Shown: positions 26,514 through 40,647, counted from the first letter of the stretch. The stretch is 64,000 bases of DNA from Hydrolagus colliei (GCA_035084275.1 CM068761.1:5084001-5148000); one strand, 5' to 3'. The notes: generated from the sequence alone by a model not told the origin. Made by a program: numbers and translations.

Positions 26514-26651
26514 CACACCCATTGTTACATTAATCTTAGATATTCTTTTACATACATAGTATAGAACAATGGAAATCCAAATTGTTACTGTTGAGCAAAA
26601 TAAGTGTGCTTTTCAGTTAGTTAAAATAGCAGGTTGCCTGAACTCCAAGTA

Positions 26652-26839
26652 CAGTAAAAGCCCATTTATCCATGACTCGATCACTTACTTCTGGTAAGTA
26701 AGTGATCGACCGCATTCGATCAACCGGAATTTATCCTGAAAAATGCTTTTTCTTAAAGCATTTTCAGCCGAATCTCGGGCACTCGCTTTAACCGGCATTG
26801 GATGGCTCCCGAGGGTGCCGGATAAACGGGTTTTTACTG
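26652..26839. mobile_element. Tigger/Tc1-mariner-type MITE (188 bp)
   Basis: TIRs CAGTAAAAGCCCATTTATCC and GGATAAACGGGTTTTTACTG, with TA on both flanks. Confidence 0.88.
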
Positions 26840-28179
26840 TATAAGCTAGGACATGATCATTAAGATTACATTAAGTCAAGTCCACAGGTGAATTATGGAA
26901 GATTCTGAATAATAATCTGAATTACTTATACATTTACCCTCTGATCTAATGAGACTCAATATGACAACATAGATAACTTCAGTAAAATGCTCTGAAAAAG
27001 TTCAGTAGCAACAATGTTGGAAAGCATGATATTCATATTTCTAAAAAAAACCTTGCATTTGATTGTAGCACCTTATAATGATGTTGAGATGACTCAAAGT
27101 GCTTCACAGTATATTGTAAAGTTGATTGACTGTATTTTGTGGGCGAAGTACAGCAGCCAATTGCGCACAGCAATTATTTTGGGATTCCATATGAGGCCTA
27201 CTGGAGGGCCTGACTGTAAACCACCTACACATTTTAAGACAATCCAAACAAATGCCAGAACCCTGACAGAAACTGCTGTACTATGGACTGCTTGAATTTT
27301 TCTTCCTAACGCACTACACTGGATGCTGTTATTTTTTTGACAAAGCAAATGGTTTCTTCATAGAGGGTCTCCCAGTGCAAATCTCAGTTATTATTCTCTA
27401 TTCCTCCAAGGAATGTTTCTTTTGCAGTCACATTCTCAGAAAGTATCTTTATGTTTTTAACCATGCACTTCACTACTGATCTTAGCAAATCAGAAGTGCA
27501 AACTGATTTCTTGTTATTTCTTGAGCATTTTTGTTCCAGACACTTCTGATTCAAAATACCGATTCAGAGTTGAACAGATTTAAGTGAAACTTTGACCAAT
27601 TCTTAAAACAATATAATCAATTTAAAAATCCCAATATAAATAAACATTTTCTTTTTAAAAAATCTGTTTAAACGCATCTAACTTGCAAATAATTGATAAA
27701 ATACAAATCTAAATTAGATCAATAGAATTACCTACTAAAAATGCTTGATTATTTTGCACGATTCTTTACCAGATTTGGAAATGTAGATATGTGAAATACA
27801 TGTTCAGTCATACCACTAAATTAACTCAATCTCTGCCTTGACAAGTTATTAAATTTATCCAAATATTCATTTATTAAAAAATATTTTCAAAATTACTGTT
27901 CTCCTTAATCCTGTTTGTGGGGTATTCTGCCACTAGTTTATGATCATTATAACATGTTCATGCATTTTAACTTATTAAATTTCTCTTTTTGTGTTTTTAA
28001 ATGTATATATTATATAAGTATATAGAGTGTGATTTTCCCCAGCAAAGTTCTGTACTACAGATTTAAAAGTCACAGCAAGATGGCAATAGCTGTACTAGAA
28101 ACAAACAGCTGGTAGTTACACATTTAAAGTTAGCTCCAGACAACATTGGGTATGTAAGCCTTGGTGGCATTAACCAACA

Positions 28180-28440
28180 AACATATTGTTGCACTTGACA
28201 TGCTGCGAAATGTGTAAATATGCTGCTTTTTTTCCCTGCAAACTCTACAGCTGCAACAGAATGATGATAAATAATATGTAAATGGAAGAAAACATCAATA
28301 AATTATAAATTAACTTGACAGGACAGTTTTGAAGAAATCCACTTTGCATTTCTGATTGCAGCTAATGATTTTTCCATTAATGTTGTGACAAAATGCAAAT
28401 GTGTTGTGCACAGCCCAAGATAATGCTTTTCATTTATATC
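28180..28440. promoter_or_regulatory. Candidate intronic conserved non-coding element
   Basis: TGTAAATA, ATCAATAAA, TTGACAG, ATGCAAAT (octamer) and TAAT motifs are clustered. Inference only. Confidence 0.35.
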
Positions 28441-31400
28441 CCCTTTTTTCCCTTCAAAGTATCCTTATGTTGTGGAGGAAACTGAATGGATCACACATTT
28501 TTCCTTGCTGCCTGATGTTAATACAGTTCCATGCTGAGCAGTAGTTACTTTGTCAGTTTAACCACACAGCATCACTTCTTATTTTGCCAGACTGTCTGTT
28601 CTGCGGATATATGGAGACATACAGTTAGTAGAACATCAAAGGCTCCATAACCATGTTTTGCGAACTGTTGATGTTGTTCCTGTAGAGGAATTGACTGTCC
28701 CATACATCTTATCTTAAACAAAAATCTTGTTTTATTGGCTGCCTGAATTTAATGTTGGGTTCTGCAAGATACAAGTTCCCCTGGTGGTTGAAGGTGGTCA
28801 CTGCCTATTCACCAACCAACTTTGAACAATTTAGATTAAGTATCTAAAAGTTAGGGGTCTTAATTAATAATCTATACCAAGCAGCTTCTAAGGATTTTTG
28901 ATTCCTCCCAACAGATCAAATACTCATTAAGCCCTTTATGAAGAGACAAGTACACATGTGCAGTGTTAGTATGATCATAGTTAACCTTCGATCTTTGCCA
29001 CTCACCTCCGAAGCAAAATTACTCTCGAGTGTGTTCCAAGACGATCACATAGATATCTTGGGCGCCTGAATTGGATAGTGTATAAGACAAGTCTGGTCGC
29101 CACAAAAAATTGTTTTGGCCACAAGCTCCCAAAATACTTTGAATGTTAAATGTATCTTAAAATTGGTGACATGAGAATTAGGGTGAATTAGAAAGGTCCA
29201 CGATGTAAGAATGTGAAGCACAAGCTGCTCACAAATGTAAGGAAAGATCCGTCAAATTAAGCTTATTGGAAATCTCAAAGGCACTTCATATTTGACCTGC
29301 TGTAAATAAACTGCAGGTGGTAGATACAATGTGAAGCACAAATTCTAAGAGACAACAGTATATTCAGTTGAAGTTGCTCGTTTACATTCAGTTGAAGTTG
29401 CTCACAATGCTCGTTTACATTGTGGTGAAGAAAGATATTAATATAGACAGCAGAGGACAACTGTTTTCTTAAACAAGACACAAGATTTATTCCTGGCCTT
29501 GAATATGAATTATTATAGTTAGAGACCAAGCATCAAAGAGTGTGGTGATAAAACCAATGACTGAATTCAAAAATGAAAAGGGTGTGGATAAAATGACAAT
29601 ACTGAGAAGAAATTTCCTTTAAGACATCAAAAAGACAATGTAGGTTTTATAGCCAGACACTTTTTATATCGAGAAACCTAGGTGAAATAAGAGTACAATG
29701 GAGGTGGAATATTTCATCGCATTCTCCAATGTAAGAACTGGTGCTCAGCAGTGAATAGATCATATATTCCATATGTACAAAATATTGACATGAGATTAAT
29801 TCATTTTGAAGTTGCACTAAATATTCACACACAACCTAAATAGCATTTTTTTTTAAAAAAAGCTTTGATAAAAGTATTCCACAATGGGCTTACTGTATAA
29901 CAGTGTAATGTGTGATAAACCAAGAAAAATCTTTTAAAGCAAAACTTAAACAAATTGTGTAAAATGTAGAATACTAGGATGCAGAAAAGTCATTAAAAGA
30001 AGTATGAATACTAAATCTCACACTGAGGCAAAGACACAGCCACGGGAGAGGTAGAAACTGCAGGAAGAAATTCAGCAGATTTGAACAGGATTGGATATAG
30101 CACAGAACCATCCTATTACCTAAAAAAATCTCCCGTAGTGTAATAGATTAAAACAAAACATCTAGCAGTATTTGGAAATGACCAAAACACAAAGAAGCAC
30201 GTCTTAAGAATGCAGAGAAACAAAACAAAGGACTTGTAAAGCACAGAAATCAAAGAGAACCAGAATAACTCGGCAGTGGTGATGTTCACACGATAGGGTG
30301 TAAAGTCAGTGACAAGGCATTGCTTTATTTGCAGTATTGGTACAAGTTCATTCAGAGCATACCGTATATAAATTGCATGTTCCTCGAGGCACCTGGATTT
30401 TATGGTTAGTAATCCAATTACGGCATACCAGAGAGTAGAAAATCAATTGCATGCGAGCACTAAACCAGTGAAAAATGTCAATGAATGTAACTATAAATAT
30501 TCGGGGGGAAAAAATCTTTACTTATGCCTTGCAATAAACTGACTCTTTAGTATAGGACTAATCAATGTTGATCAGGAAAATAAGTCTTAAGGACCTATGC
30601 TTATTGCTAGAGGTTATAACCAGCCATTCAGTTTGCCAACAAAATGAGAGAAATTCTGCTTGGTTCGTTTTAAACGGACTAAAACGGTGCTAAAGAGGAA
30701 ATCTGCCCAGTTCTTTTAAATGCAAATTTTTGCCAGCACAATTATCTTTTCTGAAGCTTGTACTCACCCCCCCCCCCCCCAACCCCACCCCCCAGACAAA
30801 CTGGACTTTGTAACTGCAACTTTCACAGGGAGTACACAGTTTCTTTCCCGTTGTCTTACTGCAAAAGCTTCTGTTTTCATTGTGGGCAAGTTTCCCTACA
30901 CATTTTCAAACAAATGTTTCCGATATAACGCACTGCCTGGAATGCTGTGATATTTGCAAATAAAGTCACACAAGTTATTTTGTGATTCTATATCTAATGG
31001 TGCATCTCACCTGGCTCTTTTTCTCCTCCGCTAATTTATTGGGGAAATGCCTCTTCACTAGTGGCAAGTTACAGTAAAGAAGGTAAAAGTGATGGGACAC
31101 CTTTGATTGATAGTGTTAAATAACAAAAGGATATTCATCTAATCTGACCTTTTCCACTCATATCCTTGCACCAAAATACTTAACGTTAGAATATCTTTAA
31201 AAAGTGTACAATGACAACAGTACAGGATTATAATTTTTTTGTACACAATTAATACCATACAGTACATCACTAAATTCTCATATTTATTCAGTCCCACTAC
31301 TTGTTTTATGCCATGCAATTCACTCCCAGTCAGTAACCTAGCTATTCAAGATTCAGGGAAGTCCCTTAGGATTTTCATAGAAGTCAATTATAAAGGTTTG

Positions 31401-34400
31401 ATATTATGTTGCATTTAAAATATTTGCATGCAAATGACAAGATGACAAGCACATGTTAAATCTTATTTTCTCACAGAATGCATTCAAGCTTCTTTTTAAT
31501 ATAAATCATCACAATTCGTACAAATACAAAGGCGCTGTTTAGTCATGTGGGAATTTTAAACATTTCTAGAATAGCCAGGATATTTCCAATAGTAAGATAT
31601 TTGAATACTCAGACAACACTTAGATCCTAGTTAAATTGATGCATCCTTGGCTAGTCATTTATTTGTGATTCTTTTGGGGTCACCTCAGTCCTCACATACT
31701 AACAATAAACAAAACTCAGAAAACATAGGTATTCAGACACAGGGAGGTTTAATTACAGGAAGATTAACCCTAAAAAAAAGCTAGTGCTCATTTTACTCCT
31801 TTCTCCTCTATTATTTTAATTTAGCCTCAAAGCCTCTCACAGTCATTTTGTTGTTGAATACTTGTCAAAAAAATATTGTTTGCTATAAATTTTATTTTAA
31901 ACATATCAGTTTTTCCCCCATCCTCTCTGGAAAGCAACTTGAATCCTTTTGGTTCCATCATTATAAGGCATCCTCCAATATCTCACTCAACGGTCATCAC
32001 CCTTGGGTTGCTGAGGACAATTGCAGGACCTCAAGTGCTGATTTGGCTGAAACAGCCAACTCAGCACAGGCTTTATAAATCTATTTTGTTAACAGCAGCT
32101 TAAATTTACACACATTTTAAAATTCTGGAAATAATGGATCTATTAGGATGCTTATACCTCATAATTTAAAATTCTTGTGTATAAAACATTCCATTTATTT
32201 AAATGCACAACGCTCCCCTTTATTGGATTAAGATTGCATCATTGATTAGATCTGATCCAATTTCACCTACAGTATATTAACAATATTGTACTTGCCTTAC
32301 TCATGCAACCAAACAATTAAGTAATTTACAGGATAAAATTAAAAAGTTACATTTTTATTAACAATAATATTTAACGTAGACATAGTATCTTGAATTTAAG
32401 AGACATTCGTAGAGGAAAAGGAAAGCAGAATGTTTCACTAGGGACTTTACTGCTGTATATAAATCAATATCTAGTCTTAAGTTCCTTAAAATAATTTCAT
32501 TTCCAATAAACGTCTCCAAGAATACACCTAGGTCTAGAAACATTACTGTTGATTCCCTAAAATACTTTAAGATTTCTTTCAGGAATACAAAGCAAATGTG
32601 ATGATCTCCCTACAATAAACTCCTTCAATTATTAATAAAAGGCAGAATTATGCTAATAATGGTTTCCCATACCAACCACTGCTGGAAAATGGTCATCATG
32701 AATCAGAGTAAACAATCATTTTTCTTGCATCAGATATTTTGTTAATGGAATCACTTGCGAACCTCTTTGAATTCCAGTCATCCTTTACTGCCAGTGTTCT
32801 CTGGTCTCAATCTTCTTCCTTGATTGCCCTTTAAACATGTGCAAAAGCTAGCAGGTCATGACGACTTCACAAACAGTATTTATTTGAGGAAAGGAAAATG
32901 GCCAACTCTGAGATTTTAATATCACTAAACTCAAGTGTGAAAACTCTTCACTGGTATTGCAGTATCTTTTTTAAATTGTGGAAAGGTTTAGGTAACATTT
33001 TTAAAATGTTTACGCTTTTCTTTTCACTATCAAATTAGGCATGCAGTTCATTGTAAGACCTTGTTTCCGATCTGGACGATGCTAATAGTACCACTATGAT
33101 ATTGGAAGACACATTTGAATGAAACCTTGGTGAAATAACTAGAAAATCTCCAAAATTGCAAATTTTAGTAGTGAAATCCTGGAATACTAAATGTATTTCT
33201 TTTGAAAAAGTTTTTAAAGTCATAGGATATGGTAAAGAAAAACTAAGTTTCAGCTGCTGTGACTTCACACGGCTGATTGAGTGCACAGTCACCTAACAGG
33301 ACAATACCATCAACTGAAAAAAAGCAGTTTCCTGTGATCATGTTACAATTCAACTAAATTGTGTTAGCTTGCGGTTTTACTCTCAAAAGCAGCATTCATA
33401 TAAAAACAATGTTTTTAAACGACTACCACAAAATAGTCAATATTTTCATATTGTACATTCATATCGTATATTCTGTGAAGCGCTCGGTGATGTCTGGAAG
33501 ACGTGATAAGGCGCTATATCAATTGCAAGGATTATTGTTATTAGTAGTACTGAATCCTAATTTAAGAAATAAAGCAATTTTTAGGCAGTAAACAACAGCT
33601 CATACATCAGGAGGGCACTGTAAACACTGCAACTTATTATTTTTGCTTTAAAAAAAGTATCAAACAAAAATTAAATTTTCATTATTGCTCTGATGAAAAT
33701 ATATTTTTGGTGCAGAAATGCTATGTTAGTCCCAAATGAATCAAGCGACTGAGAAAAGCTAACAGTGTTTTAGATGAATATTTTAAAGGACAAAACATAA
33801 AGGTCACTTACATCATACCATACAGCTTACTTGTCCATGCAGTGAGCGCCACAAACTGCCAGTGGTTTCGGAGAGCAAATGAAGGTGACTGAGCAACCCG
33901 ACCGGCCATTGTGTTAGTCACCACTTAATGCAGTTATAAGCCACACAGACCAGAAATTTACAGGTTTCAATTTACATCTGTGCTGAGTTAACAGATTCTG
34001 GTGACCTAAACACCCCTTATTTAGAGAAGGGAAAAATCAGTCAGGATTCCTGGACCTGAATGTTACCTGGAGATTTGGGGTTAAAGCTAGTTTTCTATAC
34101 TGGAAGACCGGATGCGCTGAGATGGACATTTACACACAAGGACATTGGATGTGTTATAGCTGGAAATATACTTATCTATGAAGTAATTTGTCAGAAAAAA
34201 CATTGCACAGAAACAATGGACACAATGGCAAGAATTACATATACTATATGGATTATAACATATATTATTATAACAGAAATTCCATCAATCCACAATGAAG
34301 CACAAATACCAATGATGGACCTAACAGTACCTGTAATTTATGCTATGACAATAGGTTAGTATTTTTATCACATACAATATTACTTTAGTAGCACAATTCT

Positions 34401-36431
34401 CTACTTTAGCATCTTGCCAAATGTCATGTAATTTATCCTCAACTTCCTGTGCCTTTATTTTATAGTCACGTTTTAATATCACAGCCCTTTTGATTTATTT
34501 TGGTTTGAGATTCAAGTTACATTTGCGCAACTACAGGATTATTAAGTTGAATGTCCATTTTAGTGTGTCTTCTCCTTCATTTAACAGAGAAATCATTGTG
34601 AAGTAGCTCACTGTTCCTGAATAAATACAAATCATAAATAAATTATTGATACAATTTTACCATTTCAAATTGCTACTGCTTATAAAATGAGTAAAAACAA
34701 TATTAAAATGCTTCATGTTTCACAGTATTTCAGATTACACGGCTGTAACTAAAAAGCAATTGAAACCCTGCAGGCAACGCATTTTATTTTCTCTGTTTGG
34801 GGCCTCATCAAGTGTTGCTGTTAATACAGTTCTCCAGATGAAAGAAATACACATCATCAGATCAACAGTGCATCAGATTTGCTGTTGGCAAAATAACCTA
34901 GTGAGAACTCATTTCTCGCTGGTCAGGGTACTGTGAATTGCAAAATACTAATGAGCAAGGAATGGAGTTTCATTTTTTCCAGGTGAAAACACTGAGGCGA
35001 TGAAAGAAAGCTATAAAAAAAATTACTTTTTTTTCCATCTTAAAATTAATATACAGACGAACAATGATTGTCTTATGAGGTAATGCAAACCTTATTTTTC
35101 TACCCACCTACAGCATGCTGCTGTAAAGGTTAGTAATTATAACCTACATATATACAAATTTTGCCATTTTAAAATATCATCACTTACATAGTTAACTCCA
35201 AATCAGTGATGGGTGACAGTACAAATGTGTTTTCATATTGAAGCATAAAGATATGCAATATAATCAAGCCTTATAATGTCACTTACAATTTCTTTCCCAT
35301 CCCGACCATTGTTTTACTTAATAACATGCAATATTTGCAAAGAAAAGGAACGCATTTAAAACTGCAGAAGTGCATCTGATGTGACAGAAGGTCACATCAT
35401 GTAACAATCTTCCTGACTATTTTAAAACAGACACCTGGCAAGAAACCCTGTGACTTGCCATTATAAAAGGTCATGCTTTTCAGCACGGCTATGTATATTA
35501 ATCATAGACTCTTTAATAAAGATTCACTTCCAAATATTTCAGATGACTAAACTGTTAACAACTCAGACTATGCCATAGCAACACTAGAACATCTATCTAT
35601 AAATAACTGGAAATAGCTGCATACTACCTCACCTATGTTTGCCACGATAATCACCCTCACTTACGGCACATATCAGGCAGGTTTATCACTTGTACTGCAA
35701 CAGTGGAGAGTAGCAAATGAAAACAATTCATTTGCTAAATGGAAACAATTCGCCTGAGGAATACACATCAAACAAAATTTCTTCTCAAATAATAAATAGC
35801 TGGTATTTAATCATTTTTGAAGGATTTAAAAAATACATTTTTAAAGACTGTGCATTATGTCGGATTATGTGCCTGTCAAAATGTTGAAAGACTGGATTGT
35901 TCATTATACAATACAAGCAACCACCAATGCTCAAACTGAAAAAAAAACTATTCACCATGTACTTTTGTAGAAGTGGGCTTACGTTCACTAATTCTTAACT
36001 GTCTTGCTAAAATCTAGGTTCCGCAAATCAGCACGTGAATTTCTGCCAATATTCCCCCCTCTAAAATATGATAGCAGAAAGATTACTAAAAACATATTGA
36101 CGGGGCAGAAGAAGATTTATCAATCCGGACCTTAATCAAATAAAAGCTAACTTAAGTAAAACAGTTTCAATGTGGCCAAAATAATGAACTAAGATATTAA
36201 AGGAATATTCACAAGATCATGAAAGGACTTTGGATAAGAGCCTTCGGGTACATTTGGTTTCACCACATTCCACAAAGTCAACTTTACCATCAGGACTCTG
36301 AAGTAACATCTGTTACATTGACTATTTGCTGCCTACTCTATAGCTAGTTTCTAGCCCATGTCTTACTCCTGATATTTACACACAATAATTTGTGAAGCGA
36401 TCTCTTTCATTATACTTTATTTTTTAAATTA

Positions 36432-36828
36432 AAAATTGGTTACTCAATCCATGACTGTTTATGAGACACAGCTGTGAGCAATTGGCAGTTGCGTTTCACC
36501 CACAAATATATAGTCAATTCACTTTACAGTATATTCTGTGAAGCGAGTTGAGACATCTCGAAGACAAAAAGCGTTATATCAAATGAAATGATTATAATGG
36601 TAATCTTTGCATTTGATACAGCGCTTTTCACATCTTCTAGTCATCTCAAAGCACTTCACAGAATATACTGTAAAGTGAATTGACTATATTTGTGGGTGAA
36701 ACATGAGTCAATTACGCATAGCAGTGTTCCTCAAATAGTCGTGGATTGAATGACTCATTTTTTTTTAAAGGAGTATTATCGGGCGCATGGGAAACTTGCC
36801 CAAGGTTTCACCCCCTGTCTGGAATTGA
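36432..36828. mobile_element. Two SINE copies fused tail-to-tail (plus about 36432-36597, minus about 36601-36828)
   Basis: The shared SINE body is present in both orientations, with tails abutting at about 36600. Confidence 0.88.
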
Positions 36829-37019
36829 AAAAAAATCAATAAATGGAAATTTAAAATTATTATTATTGTTTCTTTAGAAAATAAAATTTTTAATCGTGGT
36901 AGACAGTATCATATCACTTCCCCAGCATCAATCGGAAGTGCCACCCTCGACCCTAACAGTAAACAAGATAATCAAGGTTATCTTCATATCAATTATATTG
37001 ATCTCATTAGTTTTCCATT

Positions 37020-37160
37020 TATTTGGATCAGGCTAATGGGCCTGTAACTGATAAGATGGCTCTGTTACTGTTCCTTAAAATGAGAACCAAATTAGCTTGC
37101 TTCCAGTCTGCTGGAATCTTAGTGTTCATCGACTCCCTCAAAATGCTTCACAAATCTCCT
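37020..37160 (-). mobile_element. CR1-type LINE ORF2 fragment
   Basis: Minus strand translates ILRESMNTKIPADWKQANLVLIL... and, after a frameshift, YRPISL. This is the non-LTR RT N-terminal motif P.DWK.A.V.P..K...NYRPISL. Confidence 0.75.
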
Positions 37161-37959
37161 CCTTTATCTCACTAAGTAAGTACTCTCAATGTCTGTCCCT
37201 AATTTGTCCCTCTCTCTTACTTTCAGGCCTTGGGCATATCATATTCTTATCCTGTGTGCTAAAGCTTTGATCAATGCTGCTAGCAAAACGGTCTTCATGA
37301 TAGTTTGCACATTATACCTAGCAGGAGACTGCAGGTGCCTGTTGGCAGTGCACCACCAGAAGAGGTCAATAATAATTTATCTCTGTCTTCAAGAAGTGCT
37401 CGCTGTAAGCATCTGCTTCAGTGGGATTTGAATTCCGAGAGGCTTGCATCGATGTTTGTTACACACAGAAATGCCAAATGAAAATCAAAATAATTTAGAT
37501 CAAAATATTAAGATTGTGAAATATTATTTTGCTCACTAGATCTCCATAAAACGGGTGCTTTGTTAACAATTCTTATTTTAAAATCACACAAGAGTTCTTC
37601 AAAGAGAACGTCTATTACTACTATCAGATTTACATGTGGATACAGAATGTAGGCAAGAGTAGCCTTACAGAAAGTTATTCACTATTTTTCCATAAATGAA
37701 AGAAATTGAAACTTTTATGTCTTCCAAAATGTTTCAAACGTACAGTAAACTTAACCTTCAATTGTGATTGCAGGTGTTGGGGACACAATGTCAGTGGGCA
37801 GGAAGCACGTTGGTGTAAACGAAAGATCTCAATCACAAAGTGAAGCAAATTATTTTAGAGATGGAGAAAGTGCAAGGGTGCTGGTATGCAGCCTTGAACA
37901 TAAAGGCCATCCATCATTTTCAGTACCAGTTTCGCTGCATGTTGGGATTGTGGCTACAG

Positions 37960-38140
37960 ATCTACAGATAACTCTTGAGTCCGGGAGGCGGGGGAGTGGA
38001 GGGTGGGTGGTCGTAAACACGGCTGAACAGGAAGGTTTTTAGGCAAGACTTAAAAGTGGGAGAGGGTGGTCAGGATGGAGGGAGTGTTTCAGAGTTTGGG
38101 GGATAGCGGCTGAAAGCGTGACCTCCCTTGGTGACATTGC
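37960..38140 (-). mobile_element. L2-type LINE 3' fragment. A similar plus-strand fragment lies at about 41170-41320.
   Basis: Minus strand encodes TKGGHAFSRYPP..., resembling the L2 ORF2 C-terminal GGRAFS...LWNSLP motif. Confidence 0.5.
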
Positions 38141-38373
38141 TATAGACCTGGAATCAATCCCCTTGTTTCAGGTTGTAAAACCTTATCTTTAGTGTAAAAA
38201 CTCTGGGCTTGTCATAAAATACACACATTTCAAAGTATTACTGGATGGTATTAAATTGATCATAAATAATACAATATATTCATTAAAGATTTCTTTTAAA
38301 AAAACAAGGTACTGAATATCCACACTGTGCGTTAGACTTAAATGTGACTGGTTTATATATGAAGTCAGTTTAC

Positions 38374-38494
38374 CATGGTAGTGTTCAGCTGTCTTCCTGC
38401 GCAATGCCTCCACTGTCTCTTCAGTGTCTGCCCATTCTAATACCAACCGTCGTCCATACAAGTGAGTACTGTGGCAAAGAGCATCAAAAGCTTT
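38374..38494 (-). CDS. RBM19: RBM19 penultimate coding exon
   Basis: ttttgtag|AAA...CAT G|gtaaa, translating KAFDALCHSTHLYGRRLVLEWADTEETVEALRRKTAEHYH(D). Partly visible in ORF 38189..38461. 121 bp. Confidence 0.97.
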
Positions 38495-40647
38495 CTACAA
38501 AACAGAAAGAAAACACCTTTCAATATTTCTGAATTACTACCAAAATATATCCCTGCCAATTACAGTTGTTTATCATTTGTAAAAGAAATTCTTGTGCAAA
38601 TGTAAACAGCAATTAAATTATAAATGGCTGCCTTCTAAGTGTTTATTTAATTCAACACATTGCTGTGCTAATTAGAAACCTCCCTAAGTGTAAACGCAGC
38701 ATATAAAACTGTGCCAGCAGAGCTGCTTAGTGTCATAATACAACATTTTTCTTCTGCTGCCAAGTGGCTTCACATGAACCTGTAAAAGACAAGACAGGTA
38801 TTCTGAACAATACAACCAGAAAAACTGGGAGGAATCATTAGTGAACAGTCTGGAAAACCTCCCGTTCCAAATGGCAATCAGGTTGCATCTAATGGTATTT
38901 GCCAAGATGGGTCTGTCTGTAAACTGATGAAGTTAAGCTGCTGGGGAAAATCTATGAATGCAGCAGATGATGCTTAAAGGGTTCAAGTACTATCTACTCT
39001 TGTCTTCTTTTTTTCTTGCACAGCTATGGTCACACTAACAGAGAGAATTTAAAAGAAGCATGGAATCTGGAACTGTTCTGCTCGAAGAGGGCCTACAGCT
39101 CTTCAAGCGGTCTTTGACAGCAATTTAATTACTCACCAGATCGCCACAGTATACCACATCAAATTAAAACTCAGGCCAGCTTCAAATCCACTGCAAGCTT
39201 CTCAATGTACTAATAACAATCTGAAATTGATTTAGTTCCTAAGCTAGATGTTGCCAGCAAGTTATTCTAGATCAAAACACACTCACAGAAGAGGAACAAA
39301 AGCTAATCCTACATGTTGCAATAATAAATGAAACCGAATGATTAGATATGGGTCCTTTTGAAACGTTTGTAAACTATTGATCCATTCAGTATTGTGAATG
39401 TTATTGACAAGCTTGCACCCAAACAGATGAATAGAACATCTTATTTGCAATTTGTTAAATCAGATGAGGATATATCACAGTCGACAATATGTCATTATTT
39501 CCAGCAACCTCTATAAACACATTCTGGTGTAACCCCAAACGCAAAACTTCTTTAATGTCTTACAGCGATGACAGTATTGCAAAATGCAGTGAGTTTCCAT
39601 ATGCAGCATGGTCTCGTAAGTTAGGTATTATAATCAACAGATATACATGTTTTAATTTAAAGTAGTAGAATATTGGGTAAAATTAATTCCAAATAAAAAC
39701 TTTCAGAATATGAAATTATTGTAAAGCAGTAATAGATTAGGTTATTAGTTCTGAGGAAGTAGAAAAAGTGAAAGAAAAGAAAGTCTTGTTCCTTTTTAAT
39801 TATCTTTAGTATAAATTTACAATTCCTAAAATGTGTGACATTGTTTGGAGGTGTGCAAAACTGCTGATCTCTCATGAAAGTAAAAATTGCAGATCAGATT
39901 GCAATTCTAGTGTTTACCCAATTGATATATTCAGATATCAGTGAGATTAAGCTCACACTTCATTAACCCATTGCCTTCTGAACCAACTGTAAAAATATAC
40001 TTTGGGCACTCCAAAACATTAGTGTGACAAATGGTTTAAAAGTTGAAAGTCTATACATGTTCAAGTAGTATCAATCCAATTTACTGAAAGCTCCAAGTAT
40101 ATAACACTGCACAATAAGATAGAAGAAATATTTTAGTTAACATACACATCATTAAATCCGCTATGCCCCACAGTTGGAATTATTCAATAATAATCTATTT
40201 CAGCAATACTAACCCTTTAGCTTTCATGTCAAAAGACCTCTGAAAAAATGGTTAATTCAACAATATTTATGAGAGTTAATTTCCAGTATTAAAACCATAA
40301 ATATCCAGCCAATTTACTCATATGGCAAATTTTTTATGCAATTCAAAATGTAAGAACCATGGAAAGGCTGACAAAATTCTCAAAATGACCTGCTGGAACC
40401 CATCCTTCTCACAAAGTTTATAATTTTTTCTTCAGAATTAAGAGTTGAATAACAAATCATTGCACAATGGATTGAAAAAATGGATTCCCTATCATATCTA
40501 CTTTCTGGTTCTCCTCTATTTGCATAGAATGAAAGTACATACTAGATGAGTTCGAAAAGGCAAGTTCTGAAATTATTTGTTTTGTGGCAGCAACAGGTAA
40601 TTGGTAAGTAAAGGGTAAAATGATTTATATTCTATGAGGTTCTATAC

